Source: Nemertoderma westbladi
Taxonomy: Eukaryota > Animalia > Xenacoelomorpha
Direction of reading: 5' to 3'
Assembly: GCA_032718475.1 (NCBI GenBank)
Contig: JAUCBJ010002315.1
Span: 2,195-66,194, forward strand
Length of the DNA stretch: 64,000 nucleotides
The notes below the pieces were generated by a model. The model was not told where the DNA came from, did not search any database, and saw only the letters and a program-made list of their open reading frames with translations. Below are positions 11,301-23,827 of this stretch, piece after piece. Each line of letters opens with the position of its first letter. The first letter of the stretch is position 1. The position numbers and the translations under genes were made by a program.

Positions 11301-13136
11301 TTAGCCTGTAGTTACATGTAAAGGGCGCCGCTGTTAGAGAGAGAGGGGGGATACCTGAGTTGGGACAAATTCGGGGCCAAAACCCCGGCAAAGTTACCCC
11401 GTAGTTCAATGGGAATACACCGCCATGCGGTTACCGTATAGAGAGCGCTAAGCGTGACCAGCTCCTGGCTACAGGTACGCAAGGGGATATGTTTGGGGGG
11501 GGGGGGGGGGGGGGGGGGGGTAGGTAGCGGTGAAGTGCCTTTGAAACACCGGGTGGGCCCCTCAAAGAACACTTCGATATAGATGGCCCTCCAGAAACGG
11601 CATCTTTTGTTTGCCCACACATCGCACGAAGGGCCTTTCTTGAGCTAATAGGATTACGTACTATACCTGTAACTTTTTCCCATGTTTATTTGTGACACCT
11701 ATGTGATCTGGTTAGGGTGGGATGACAGCGTCTCGAACATCATAAATCAATATGCATTACAATTGCTAATGGGTGTTTTATAGTTATCCAATGCAAACGA
11801 CGCCGTTTTACACTTATTTATTATTCTTGGCTAGCTGTAAACTATATAGTGTATGGGAATTTGATCAGGAAATTTTATTAATTAATCTACATCTACACAC
11901 TATTGTAAAGTAAATAAAATAGGCCCTGTTTCATTTAACGCTCTTCGGCTGGTCTTGATATCTTTTTTTTACCGAGCGAGCAAGATCGATAAACTAGATT
12001 GAGGAGAAGAAGGTACATAAAGTAGTATATTTCACTGGTCAGCAGCTGTAAAGCCTTGCTCTAACGCATCGGTATAGTTTTGTTAAATTAAGTTAATTTA
12101 ATTTACCGCTGGCCTTATAGGCGAGCGATAAATTATCAACATATGACCATTAAAATCAAAATGGCAGTGTGCTGCTTAGCAAATTATAGGGTAGACCAAG
12201 TCATGTTCGTATCCTAAGCCAACTCTTACCCCAATAATGCAAAGCAATGTTAGCCAGTTGCTGCCTAACGTTAAATCAACGACTTTCAAGTCTCGACGTT
12301 ACCGACAAGTATTTTCAAGGAATTGGTTTGTATTTGCGGTTTACTTTGATGTGGCCGCGCTATACCCATTGTGAGATGGTGTTTAATTGACAACCATGTC
12401 GTATTTTCGTGCCGCGCTATACTTTGTTATAGTTCTATAGTCTACATCGATATTATAGGGTGGCCTATTAGTATATATGTTGCTCTTACACTTTAATTTT
12501 AAAATACTTACAGTACTTCCACTTTTAGTGGAGTTTGATATTATAGCGATTATAAAACGAAAATACAACTGATCGATGGATTTCGCAAAGACAATCTGTA
12601 AAATAATCTATTGTGATGAAAATAATTGTTTTGTATAAAAATATTATTATTAGGATTATATTTATAAATTTTTTGCCAAAAACCGATAAACGTTAATTAA
12701 CTTAAATGTTAATGTCCAACCGGCTGTAAATATCCACTGAGTTATTAAGATGATGACATTAGTGGAATAATGACATAATAATGACATAAGTCAAAATAAT
12801 AATGACAGCATAATGACATAAGAAGTAAAGTGTGTGTTTTTTTTGTCAAGCCACATTGTTTGCCATCGAACCAGCAGGACCAATTACAATTTTATTTTTT
12901 TTGTAAGTCCTCTTTTATTAAAGAAAACGTCCAATGTGACATTGTACAAACCGCAATATATCGCTTTGTACACTTTCTGTGTACACCACATTTTCGGTGT
13001 CACTCGGTTATATCCCGAATTGAACTAGCGTGAAATACCGTGTACTTTATTAGAATATAATTTTATACTGCGAAGTTAATATTAAATGGAGATATGGGGA
13101 CAATGCGCGTGTGGCGAGTCACAATATCAGTGATCG

Positions 13137-13350
13137 TTAGCACTCCGTTAAGTAGGGGCTAAATATAAATAGGGATTGTCTGTCTGTCCGTCCGCCTTGT
13201 CCGTCTGTCCGACCGTCACGGCGTCCGTTTGCTAATATCTCAGCATCATCCCAGGCGCATTTATTTGGTATGTGTTTAGAAGACGAAAAGTTTTGAAAGC
13301 TTAGAAAATTATCGCGAACTTCACGTAGTGGAGTTCGCGCACTTCGCATT
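13137..13350 (+). mobile_element. DINE-1/HINE-like fragment in Cdx intron 1
   Basis: Short terminal inverted motif (TTAGC...GCTAA), then a (GTCY)n microsatellite and a GCGAACTTCAC...GTGGAGTTCGC hairpin. Confidence 0.45.
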
Positions 13351-15250
13351 ATCCTGATCAGAGTTTTTATACTTGACAATCGCCAATTTGAACCAAATTA
13401 AAACCTGTATGTAAAGATTGGCCCAAAACAAAGTGTAATATATATGAATGTAAAAAGAATATAATATTAGACCTTATACATCATTAGCTTTATAATAACA
13501 AAAGAGCACATTTTTACGAAAAGTTGTTAAGAATATAAATTCTTACAGCAAGTGGCAAATAAATATATTGTGAGGCGCGGCTCACATATTGTTTCAGTAT
13601 CATGTTTGAGGGCCATCATCCTGCCTCACACGGGAGACTTTCTTGGGAAATTTTCTATAGCTACATTTTTTGAGCTAAACTGGTGTGAGGGAGGCCTGCT
13701 ACATGTGCTACAGGCGGCTGTGTATCAAAGATGAGGAGGGGGGATTTAGACTTACTATGTTAAATTATCAAAATTATGCTGTGAGGCCACCCCCCCCCCC
13801 CCCCCCCCCCCCAGTCATGTAGTTTGCTCACTAAACTATACGAACCAATTCATTACTAAAAGGCTAAAAAATATCATAAAAATCTGGCATTTTGCTGAAT
13901 CGATTATCTTTCACCCCTTCAATCGCCAATTATAAGTAATTACGTCCTATAATTAGCTGTTATAAACAGGGGGGATAAAAAGTAACGAAATGCAGACGCC
14001 ATTCCTAAACAAGGTCCATAAAACCTTTTAGGGACTATTTATAATTCATGTCTCAATCAAAGCAACAGCGAAGATACACAACATGAATAGATTCAAATTA
14101 TAAAACGATTCTATATGGACCTTTAGTAATGAGATACTATATAATTTAATTTGTATATTTGGGACACTGTTTTATATGGTTCGCATATTGAATGCGCAAA
14201 CAACCGCCGTTTCAGGTTTCAAATACAAAGACAGAACTTAATCATAGGTTTCCGATACGAGCACCTGCACTGGCGGTTGTAATGCCGCCACCCTGTAGGA
14301 CAGTATCATGATTATTTGAGTCATCTATCAGGAAGCCAGTAGCGTGCAGCATGAATTACATCCTTTCAATATTAAACAATTCCCTCTCGGCAGCAATCAT
14401 ATACCATATCAAATATTAAACAGACAATTTTGAAAAAGTTTCCCATAAATAGCTAGCGTTGCGCCACCCAAAGCTAATGATGGGTATGTGGCGTAAATTA
14501 TTGATTTGTAATTAATTCATAATCAAAGCTTCGGTTGTGTATAGCTCCGGGTAGGATGTATCTATCTACAAAGGATCACTGGCGGTTTCTACGAACGTTG
14601 GCTTGGATCCTATATATCGGTTACCTAAGCCTAAGAGTAAAGACTGTGCAACCGCCCACACCCCGCAATGCGTGCGCACGTGAGCGTAGTTTAACGCAGG
14701 CAACGCCCACCCCCCATTCAACTAATATATAACCCGTTATAATTTACACTACATTAATCTTTATAAAACGTAATCCAACTTTAGGGAGCTTTAAACTTTC
14801 GTAATGTTCTTGTTATCAAGTGGAATGTAAAATGGAATTTCACGGGTAGCGTGCAGCGGTAATTATTATATCACGATAACAAAATATACCTTTACCACTG
14901 CATTACCATTTTACTTCAAGACTTACAATCTAGCATCATAGATTTGAAAGATCGCGGATCTACTGAATTTCGCTCTTTGTGTTGTAAAAAGTAAAGTTGT
15001 AAAAACAATTACTACCCGCCGTATAAAGTTATACATTATGCACTCCTACCAAAGGAGTTCCATTTTCGAATAAATAATTGCAAAGTGAGATTTATTGTTT
15101 AAATTGACTGTAGTTGACAGTGAAAAATATCTGAATTGATAGTAAAAGACACTTGGATTGGAAGCTAGCCATTCGAAAATGATCCCGCTTCAGGGAAGGT
15201 AGGCCTATAGTTGTTATTTTGTTTAGAGAGTATACCGGTACCTTTACTAG

Positions 15251-15497
15251 TAGGTAGGTACTGGACGCAAACCCCATCGCGGCGAATTAATATATCAATG
15301 TTAAATTAAATACCAATTTAGGGAAAGGAGCAGGATACAGTGACACGTTATTCTAACCAAAACAATAAATAAGTCAATATGACAGGTATGAATTTTATTT
15401 TTAGGATTAAACAGCTTTCGAGTGATATATGCGTCGAATTTCCCCTGGAGGGAGATGGATTCATTTTGATTGCGTCAAAAGTCCCCCCCCCCTATCT
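15251..15497. mobile_element. MITE family A, copy 2 (inverted), in Cdx intron 1; further fragment at ~16620-16690
   Basis: Reverse-complement similarity to 4197-4455 along its length (ACTGGACGCAA ... TTTCCCCTGGAG ... CCCCCTATCT). Confidence 0.75.
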
Positions 15498-16777
15498 GTA
15501 AAATTTGGCCTACACTATTGAATTTAATTTACTTTTCATGAGTGATTGTATCACTCGTATCAATTAGTTTGGCAAGGCTGCTAAATTACATTATAATTGT
15601 ATTTGCACTGAAGGACCTTAGCTTAGCAATGTGCTTCTAAGCACTGCGGCCATAAACCTGAGGTTAATTTAGGGGCGCCTTGCACTTCGGTGAGCGGTAA
15701 GGGATGTTCCGGAACAATGGCCATAATTTAGATGCCAAATTATCAAATTGCCAGTCACTATTCTCAGACAGATATATTTCACAAATGTACAATAGATAAA
15801 TTAGTAGGCTATTGGGCCCTTAGGATCAATGGCGTGTCAAAAATTAGTTGGTTCTACAAGTTGTAAAGGATTGGGGCAAATTTTGAGTGAGCTTGAAGTT
15901 AATTGTTTAAGTTTGAATTTGAGTTAGATGATTAAGGTAGGATTTGAATGGAGTTATAATTTGAGTAAGTTTGGGAGTTATGACAAATTCTGCAGCAACT
16001 ATCTGATAGTGGATATATAATATGTATTATGTGAGAAAGACTATACATTTTATGGAGACGACATACAGTTAGGCTTCCCTATACTGCAGTCTGCAGTCTT
16101 AGCGGTGCATAAATTATTGTGGAGGTAAGTAGCTGAGGGAGGACCATTTGTAATAAGAATTGTCTAAAATGAAGAAGGCTGGGTGACACCATGTGTAACT
16201 TACTGCCGTGCATTTCTATTGTGTTTCTTCAGTTATCTACCGGTTAACTCGCACTGGCCACATGGCGGATCGCATCACAGTTTTACATAATTTAATGTTC
16301 CGGTCCTTCGTACAATGTTAATCCTCAATAAAACGATTATCGTTTATCTAAGGGTATACCAATTCTACCAGATGTCCTGTAAAAACTTATCTTCGGCAAT
16401 ACTCATGTTCATTACAAGTTTATAGAAATATATACAGCATTGTAGTTATGTAAATGGACTTATATGGAAATATTAACAAATATAGCTTGTTTATTACTCT
16501 TCAGCATCACTCCTATACTTACGTAATTTGACGGTATCATATTTACTTACTGTACTAATATTGCGTCAATAAACACAGCTAATACCAATAAATTTCCCCA
16601 TAAAAATCATACTATTAGAAGGAAATAGGGGGAGCTGGTTACAGTGACACGTTATTTTATACAAAACAATAAACAAAAGTCAATTGACAGTTTAATGAAT
16701 GAAGTTTAATGATACTGTGTTTGAATTTTGTTATAAAATTTACAGCACCGTAAAATTTATATCAATTGTTTTCGCAG

Positions 16778-16923
16778 GGAAAACGAGAACAAAAGACAAA
16801 TACCGAGTTGTATATTCGGACAGACAGCGAGCGGAGTTGGAGAGCGAGTTTCGGTGCAACCAGTACATAACGATAAAACGGAAAACGGAGCTGGCGGGGA
16901 TGGTTGGATTGTCTGAGAGACAG
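16778..16923 (+). CDS. Cdx: Cdx coding exon 2 (homeodomain residues 1-44)
   Basis: TTTTCGCAG acceptor, then [48 protein letters not shown], then a CAG|GTACGG donor. [12 protein letters not shown] is Cdx-diagnostic. Confidence 0.96.
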
Positions 16924-17397
16924 GTACGGTACGGGAGACACGGCGGGCCTACGGGCACGGAACAGTACACGGTACACAACAGATCTGCCTTTTTATTTCT
17001 TTCACTTTCGCAAACCATAATTACAGAAATTCAATAGTGCCTATTCATAGTGATCTCTACTTTAGTATAGATCGATATGGGCGGGCCTAGTCTACTGTAA
17101 GTCTTTATGTCAATAAACCGCAATGCAGTTGCAGTAGCAAAATATAGGGTAGATGTCCGGTATGTCAATGTTTTAGTCATAGTTCGCAGTTCGGCATCTT
17201 TGCTGATAGTTTTAGTTTTCTAGTTAGGTTTAGCGGCATTTAATTAAAATTAAAACTATAATTAAAACTTTCATGTAAAGAACTAAAGAACCATAACTCA
17301 TCAGACATTTTTCTCCTTGCGAACATCGTACTGTTGCTGTACGCGTACCGTACAAAAAGTATTCAAGATTACAACTTAAATTCGATTGCATTTTTAG

Positions 17398-17472
17398 GTC
17401 AAAATTTGGTTCCAAAACAGAAGAGCAAAAGAACGTAAAGTAGCGAGGAAATATACGATTGGAGGGAAGTAA
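17398..17472 (+). CDS. Cdx: Cdx coding exon 3 (recognition helix and short tail)
   Basis: TTTTTAG acceptor, then VKIWFQNRRAKERKVARKYTIGGK*. The intron falls between homeodomain Q44 and V45, as in other Cdx genes. Missed by the ORF track. Confidence 0.95.
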   Translation, partial: VKIWFQNRRAKERKVARKYTIGGK

Positions 17473-17830
17473 TGATGTTTGCGGTGGTGTTTATGAGTCT
17501 TCACTCACGGAATAACAGACATGATTATTTGCAATTATACAACCTGCTGCAGTTTTATAAGACTCTTTGTCGAGAGAGCTTTATTTACAAATAGATTTTA
17601 GTGGTGGGTATTAACTACAAGTAATAGGCCAAATTACATAGAAGGTAAACAGCAGAAGTAGAAATAACTAAACAGCTACTTCATCTTATTGATGTATTGT
17701 TCTAACTGACTGGCTTTTGTTATAATTTTCCTTTTTAGCCACTATATTATCTATTTTTTGTCTAATGTTTGTATTCCGTAACTTTAACATTTTATATTGT
17801 AACTACTGTACTGTAGTCATTTGGTTTATT

Positions 17831-17836
17831 AATAAA
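17831..17836 (+). terminator. Candidate Cdx polyadenylation signal
   Basis: AATAAA ~360 nt after the stop, following a U-rich 3' UTR. A second lies near 18011. Confidence 0.4.
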
Positions 17837-18934
17837 GTAGCTGCAATTTGTCAATCTTATATGGAGTGACTGCATGTCTTGTTGCTTTATGTCCATAACA
17901 TATCCGGACAAAAAGAAACATAACTAAGACTTTGATAAATATTGTTTACTGGCGTTGGGCCTTTAGTTATTCATAAAAAACGGAACTTTGAAAACGCAGG
18001 AAAATATATTAATAAAATTATTACATTATCACAACCTATTTACTACCGTGCGGCTGTTACTAGATTTCGAATATCCAACCTGTACCGCTATTATATAGTC
18101 TGCTATAATATGTAAAATTATCATAACTTTAAAGTGTAGTATTATATTTTAATACATGTAAAATTTCCAATGTAAATCAGTTTATTGTGTGGTCTGATTA
18201 ATTCTGTGAACTTTTCCTATGATAACTAGGTATGAATCATTTTCATTATTGATTTCGATTAAGTTGTTTTTAACCTGAAGATACTAAACTTACTGTAAAC
18301 TGCAAGAACTTATGTAACCAATGATATTGAAATTGTTTGATAATTAATTTTCTCACTTAGTTTCTTAATAGATGTTAATATATTTACGTCTGTAATATTT
18401 CAACATACTTTCAGTTGATTCATAATAACATCTATTCCACGATATGACTATTTAAGAGTTACAGCACCAATCTTAAAGCATATTGTTAACTACATTAAAT
18501 ACAGTTAGGTTAATAAGTTACATTTATACTGTATTAGAAACCAATAAGTCATAACCCGAAAAGCAACAAACAACGCCAGCCAACACAAGCAATGATACAT
18601 ACAAGTAAACGGTATATGGAACTTAACTCGAGTCTGCCGAAGTAAAAAGGTAATGTTAATGGAACTCAACTCGAGTCTGCTGTTTGAATTTGTAAAATGA
18701 GTTTACCAAAACACGTTAGGCGATGGCCGAGCTCATACTGATCGCAGTAACAAGGTGAGGGGCCCCAAGCCGTCAAACAAGGTTCACTGAAAATACTTCT
18801 CCGTTGCTATCCAAGGATACGATTAGCATTGTCAGCAAGAAGTTATTCTTCTTGTATTCTCCCGGGAGCGGGAAGGTACAGAAAGTTTACAGGATATCAT
18901 GGGGGACGTGGTTGCTGAACCTAGACTGCTGGTA

Positions 18935-19387
18935 GGGGCCGTGCACAAATGATGTCACGCTTTTTTTTTGATGAATTTCGAGCCCCCCCCCCCCCCCCCT
19001 CTGTCACAATAAGACACCCCACATATTCACTCCCATCGGAATGAGGGAACATCTGCGAGTTTCGACATCAATCACCGGAAGTGCACCAGGTATACTATCG
19101 ACTACTGTTCCACTTCCTGGGTCTAACTCTACCTCGTCCTTATCTACCCAGTCAATGTGGTGTTCTTCATCTTTATCGCCACTTAGAATTAACATTAGAA
19201 TCACCTCGATTCGCGATTACTTGAATAGATTTTACTTTGGCTGTTGACGTCGGTGTATGTAATTTATTTGTTCACCAAAGTGCTATTGTGACTTCACAAG
19301 TATCACCCCCTCCCCCACGTTTACAAATTGTCACAAAATTGCAACCCCCCCCCCCCCTCGACCGTGATATCATTTGTGCACGGCCAC
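18935..19387. mobile_element. MITE with ~25-bp TIRs, PIF/Harbinger-like termini
   Basis: GGGGCCGTGCACAAATGATGTCACG ... CGTGATATCATTTGTGCACGGCCAC. Confidence 0.75.
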
Positions 19388-19544
19388 ATATCCAAATATA
19401 TTATGAAACAAACAAGATTTAAAGATGAGTGAAAGATGTCTGTTGATCCATATGGTAATTCTTCTTTGCGGCTCTCAAATCACTCAGAAAAGCAATAGGA
19501 AATAAATATTGTGAACCTAGGTCTATTTAATGTTCTATCACAAT

Positions 19545-20657
19545 CAAGGGTGTTGTTACGTTACGTTACGGTATCTTTTCAGGAATACCGTAGCTCAATA
19601 TTTTTCCGTAACGAAAACCGTAAAGTAATAGCTTTTTCAATACCGTAACGTAATATTACTGTATATTTTTTCCGTAAACCGTAACGTAATAACGTAATAT
19701 TTGTTTTATCTACCAAGCAATCATTTTGAACAAAAAAGTAAATCTTTCGACAAAAACTTTCACTTCCACTTGCACGTTCTAGCTAATTCAATATAAAGTT
19801 AATTGCTTTAATAGGTTTGTTTGTCTGTGAATACGGTCTTCTTATAGCCAGCTTCCTGGCTTCTCCAGTTATTTATGATGAAGTCCCCCTATCAATATTG
19901 CCAAAAGCTAATTCTACTCGCACTTCTTCAGTATAGGCTATCAGTATAGGCTAATTAACAAGTACAACAACACAAAAACAACATAAACTACATATTCTAA
20001 ACTATGACCTAAATAATAGTTGAGGAGGACTCGACAAATTAATCTGTTTAGAGTTCCAGCAACACTTAAAATTTGACCAATCTGAAGGCGACTAAATACA
20101 GAGTTCTAGAACACAATAAATCTCGTCCTGAGTTTCAACTCCCAAAGTTTCTGAGTTAATTTCAAGATTAATACATTCATAGTTTATTATGTGGGAAATA
20201 ATAATAACGTTTTATACCGGAGTTAAGGGAGTAACTGGAATACCGTCAGTACCGGTACCGTGGGTTTTGGTTCTTCACAGGAATACAGCATAATGATCAA
20301 TAAATCGGGGAATTGAAAGTTATTTTTATGGTTACGTTAATTTGCAATTTAAAAACATAGAAACTATAATTTTCCGATTTTCAGACAAAATTAGGATGAA
20401 ACTTTAAATATCTATTTGTGGTCCTATGGAATCTGAACCGGTTATTACGTTACGGTATTTTCGGTAATACGCAATTATTTTTTTCGAAATACAGTAACGT
20501 AACGTAATTTGGAAATTATTCCGTATAATGTAATATCGTAACGTCAAAAGTTCAGTTTTTCAACCGCAACGTAACGTAATGCCGTAACGTAACGTAACGT
20601 AACGTAACGTAACGTAACGTAACGTAACGTAACGTAACGTAACGTAAAACATCCTTG
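19545..20657. mobile_element. hAT-like non-autonomous element with (CGTAA)n subterminal repeats
   Basis: TIRs CAAGGGTGTTGTTACGTTACGTTACG / CGTAACGTAACGTAAAACATCCTTG. Flanks ATCACAAT / ATCACCACAAT resemble a modified 8-bp TSD. Pentamer run at ~20570-20647. Confidence 0.7.
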
Positions 20658-21351
20658 ATCACCACAATGTAAAATATAAATAATATTCAACCAAATTGAC
20701 CTTTTAAAAAGTAAATTCAAGAATTAAAAATTTGCCATATTCTAAAATATGTTATAAAATAGCCCCTCCCATTACTGGCGATAAAGATAATTAGAGAAAA
20801 AGTACATTACACGATTGCAAACGTGTAATAACTATACACACAAACACCAAATCAAACGGACGGCAGTACAATAATTATTGTTCTTTAATCTTTGGTTATA
20901 TAAACCGAAAGAATCGAACTACATTACCTTTGGTCGTGTTTGTATCCACTTATTGGAAGCTGGCAGAGCGCGTCTGATACCGCTAACTAGACTAACCTAC
21001 TATTAAATCTACAATGTTTCATATGGTCATCTTCCCGTATTTCCTCTTTGCGAAATCTAAATCGACTACATCCCCTCGTAACTAAAGTGATACTTCAAGA
21101 TATTATCATCTCGGCGTTAAGATTCTCGCTATTAAATCATATTTTTGAGAATTAGAGATATTAGAGGAATATCAAGGCTCAGTCTGGTCCAGCACACGGT
21201 ACTTTTGACACACTTATGAATCCTGTTCTGCAATCGGATTCAATATACATTTTACTTCTGTTAGTGAAACTCGAGTAAAATCCAAAATGCTGACCAGTGG
21301 TATCATCTTCTTTGAAAATATGAAATGTAAACGGAATTGACAGTTTCTGAT

Positions 21352-21800
21352 ATAACGGGATCGGGATTAAACGGGATTGGGACTGGGATTGCAACTACCG
21401 GGATCCAGATCTTCGGGAATGGGATTGTAATTTTGGATTAAATGTGCTTAAAGTTTTCTGAATATGTGGCACTGTGTGTATGAAGAAGGGTTTTAGGCAA
21501 CGTGACTACCGCTACCGGTACTTTATTTTATAGCTACCGTGACTTTATTTGATATCTCTCTGAAGTATTAGTAAGATAAAGTAATATTCAATAAAATTAA
21601 TTTACAATAATTGAATACTGGCTGGTTTATGGACATGTAAATTCGTTATAATTAATAGACATTTCTGTTCTAGGGCAACTAGTTCGGATATTCAACAAAT
21701 TGGCTATTTGTACTTCGGGATCCCGTTCCAAGAAATGTCGGGATTGGGATTACATATTTCGCGCGGGATCCCGGATTTTCAGGTTCGGGATTTCGTTTAA
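21352..21800. mobile_element. Degenerate MITE with clustered CGGGAT subterminal motifs
   Basis: CGGGAT/GGGATT clusters at 21355-21427 and 21715-21792 around an AT-rich core. Termini not resolved. Confidence 0.45.
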
Positions 21801-22173
21801 TCTGGAAAAGAAATATAACAATTGGAACTGCAGCCAATCAGCAGGGATGTTAACCCGTGTCCTGGTTTCAGCGACAATCCTTAAACTTTAATAATATATA
21901 TTAATGGGTCAGGAATGACACAACGAAACCAAAAAAATAAATAATAACTGTTTCGTTTCGATTTTCGCACGTTAAACGTGAAATAGGAAACACCGAAGGT
22001 AGTCGGAGGCTGTGAATATGAAACCTGATAATATAATAGAAACTTCGTATATTGCAATGTATGTTAATGTTAAACGAGTACATTATTAATGTTCCGCGTT
22101 AAACATATTGTCCAAAACGTTTTAAATAAGAAACAGTCAAAGGGGAAATACGTGAAAGTCCATACAATGATAA

Positions 22174-22840
22174 TCATTGGTTGCTAGGGGGAGGGGGCGG
22201 TGGGGTAAACCCGATAGACGGGGGGAGGCGCTGACGCATAGGGGGGCCAACTCCTGGGGGAGGGGGCTGCCCCATCCCGGGGGGCGGCCCGAGACCAGGG
22301 GGGTGGATCATTCCACCCCGTGGGGGCAGCATCCCAGGAGGGGGGATGCCCCCCATCCCTGGGGGAGGAGGTCCCCGGAACTCCCCACGATGTAGGGGCC
22401 CCCTAAACCGAGGGGGCGGCGGCCCTCTGGCTCGCAAGGGGGGCGGAGGGCCGCCTCGGAAGGCCCCCATCATGGGGGGAGGAGGGGGCGGGCGCGGCGG
22501 GGGGTACCGCATGTGGGGGGGCGGGGCGCCCCGTGGGGGGCCGTCCCCCCCGTCGTGGGCCGGGGGAGGGGGCAGCGAGGGGACCCCGGGGGGAAGGGAT
22601 CTCTCTTCCTCCCGATTGCTGGTCGACTCCTCTCTGTCCTTGGGATCCGTCTTGAAGGCGAACTGCAGATGGAACTGGTGGGTATCTTTGTTCCAAGTGC
22701 TCCAGAACTTCGGCTCCGATTTATCCACTTCTCGCGAAGGTACTTTGAAGGCGATCGTCTCGTACGGCTCGGCCGAGAACAGAACGTACTGCCATCGTTT
22801 ATCGGGAGGTTCAACCCGCTGTTCGTAAGCCGACATAAAC
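22174..22840 (-). CDS. SF3A2: SF3A2 exon 4 (end of conserved domain plus Pro/Gly/Arg-rich tail)
   Basis: TTTATTAG acceptor, then RFMSAYEQRVEPPDKRWQYVLFSAEPYETIAFKVPSRE...FHLQFAFK and a proline-rich tail to the stop. Confidence 0.95.
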
Positions 22841-23596
22841 CTAATAAACGAAAACCCGAGATAAACAGTCATTCCATCCCATAAATCTAATATAATAAGC
22901 CTCATTGTGTAGGCAAGGCATCATGGAACCACAGATTAAAATACACAATTACTCAATTCAAATTATTGTGACACACAAAAAAATAAAATAAACCTTCACC
23001 TTAAAAATAGATCGATATGTACCGGAGTCCCAATTTTGAATTCAATTTTGTTAAAGTAATCAGTTTATGGGGCTGTAAACCGGTGTTTTGTTTGCCAACA
23101 TTATTATTACATATATGATGACACTGTGACCTTAATATTAGTAAGAGAAATTAAATTAAAATAAATAATGGATTACTAGATAGTTTACAGAAATATTAAT
23201 GAGATATAATTAATGTAGCAACGTGTAAATGTAATCAATAATCAGTTCTACAGGTGACGGTTGTTAATTCGCCGGAATAACGTGAGGCATTCGCAGGAAA
23301 CTAAGCCGGAAAATTACAAATATATCGGTAGATTATTAACAACGCATTCCTGCTATCCCGTGGTTGGATTATATAGTGTAGATGCGTCCTCCATCACTAA
23401 GCCTACACTTTCATTAAGCCTTTGGGACGTATCTCACTCTCTGGACTTGTCGTCTTGATAACGCCTTCTGGCAATCAAACAAACAGCTGATTACATGCAA
23501 CCAATTGCTCTTTAGATACCTACCGCTAACTCACTTATAGAAAATTAAAATATAAAAGCTTTAAAAATTTACGATTTATCGATATGAATTGATTAC

Positions 23597-23736
23597 CTAT
23601 GCCGTGGAGTGACGTCATCCACTATTTCCGGATATTCGATAAGAAACAACAAACTCTGCTGACCGGTGGAGGGATCCCGTTGCTTAGTAACCCGGTAACC
23701 AGGTCGGCCTATCTTAACGTATTTCCGGAACGGAAC
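23597..23736 (-). CDS. SF3A2: SF3A2 exon 3
   Basis: CAACAG acceptor, then VPFRKYVKIGRPGYRVTKQRDPSTGQQSLLFLIEYPEIVDDVTPRH, then an AG|GTAATC donor (phase 2). Confidence 0.95.
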
Positions 23737-23827
23737 CTGTTGAAGAAATGTTTTAAGGTTTAGAAAAATTAAAATATATGGAAATACCACCGGCAAAGAG
23801 TAGGACGTAAACCTTTTATTGACTACA

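Noticed and set aside
16699-17037. ORF as a single-exon truncated homeobox lacking helix 3
   Set aside because: A donor at 16924 and exon 3 at 17398 supply VKIWFQNRR, so the gene is intact.
19004-19204. Acidic minus-strand ORF inside the Harbinger-like MITE
   Set aside because: Short, with no catalytic motif; at most a remnant of the parent element.
22177-22884. Gly-rich plus-strand ORFs suggesting an antisense gene
   Set aside because: Shadow frames of the GC-rich, proline-coding SF3A2 last exon.
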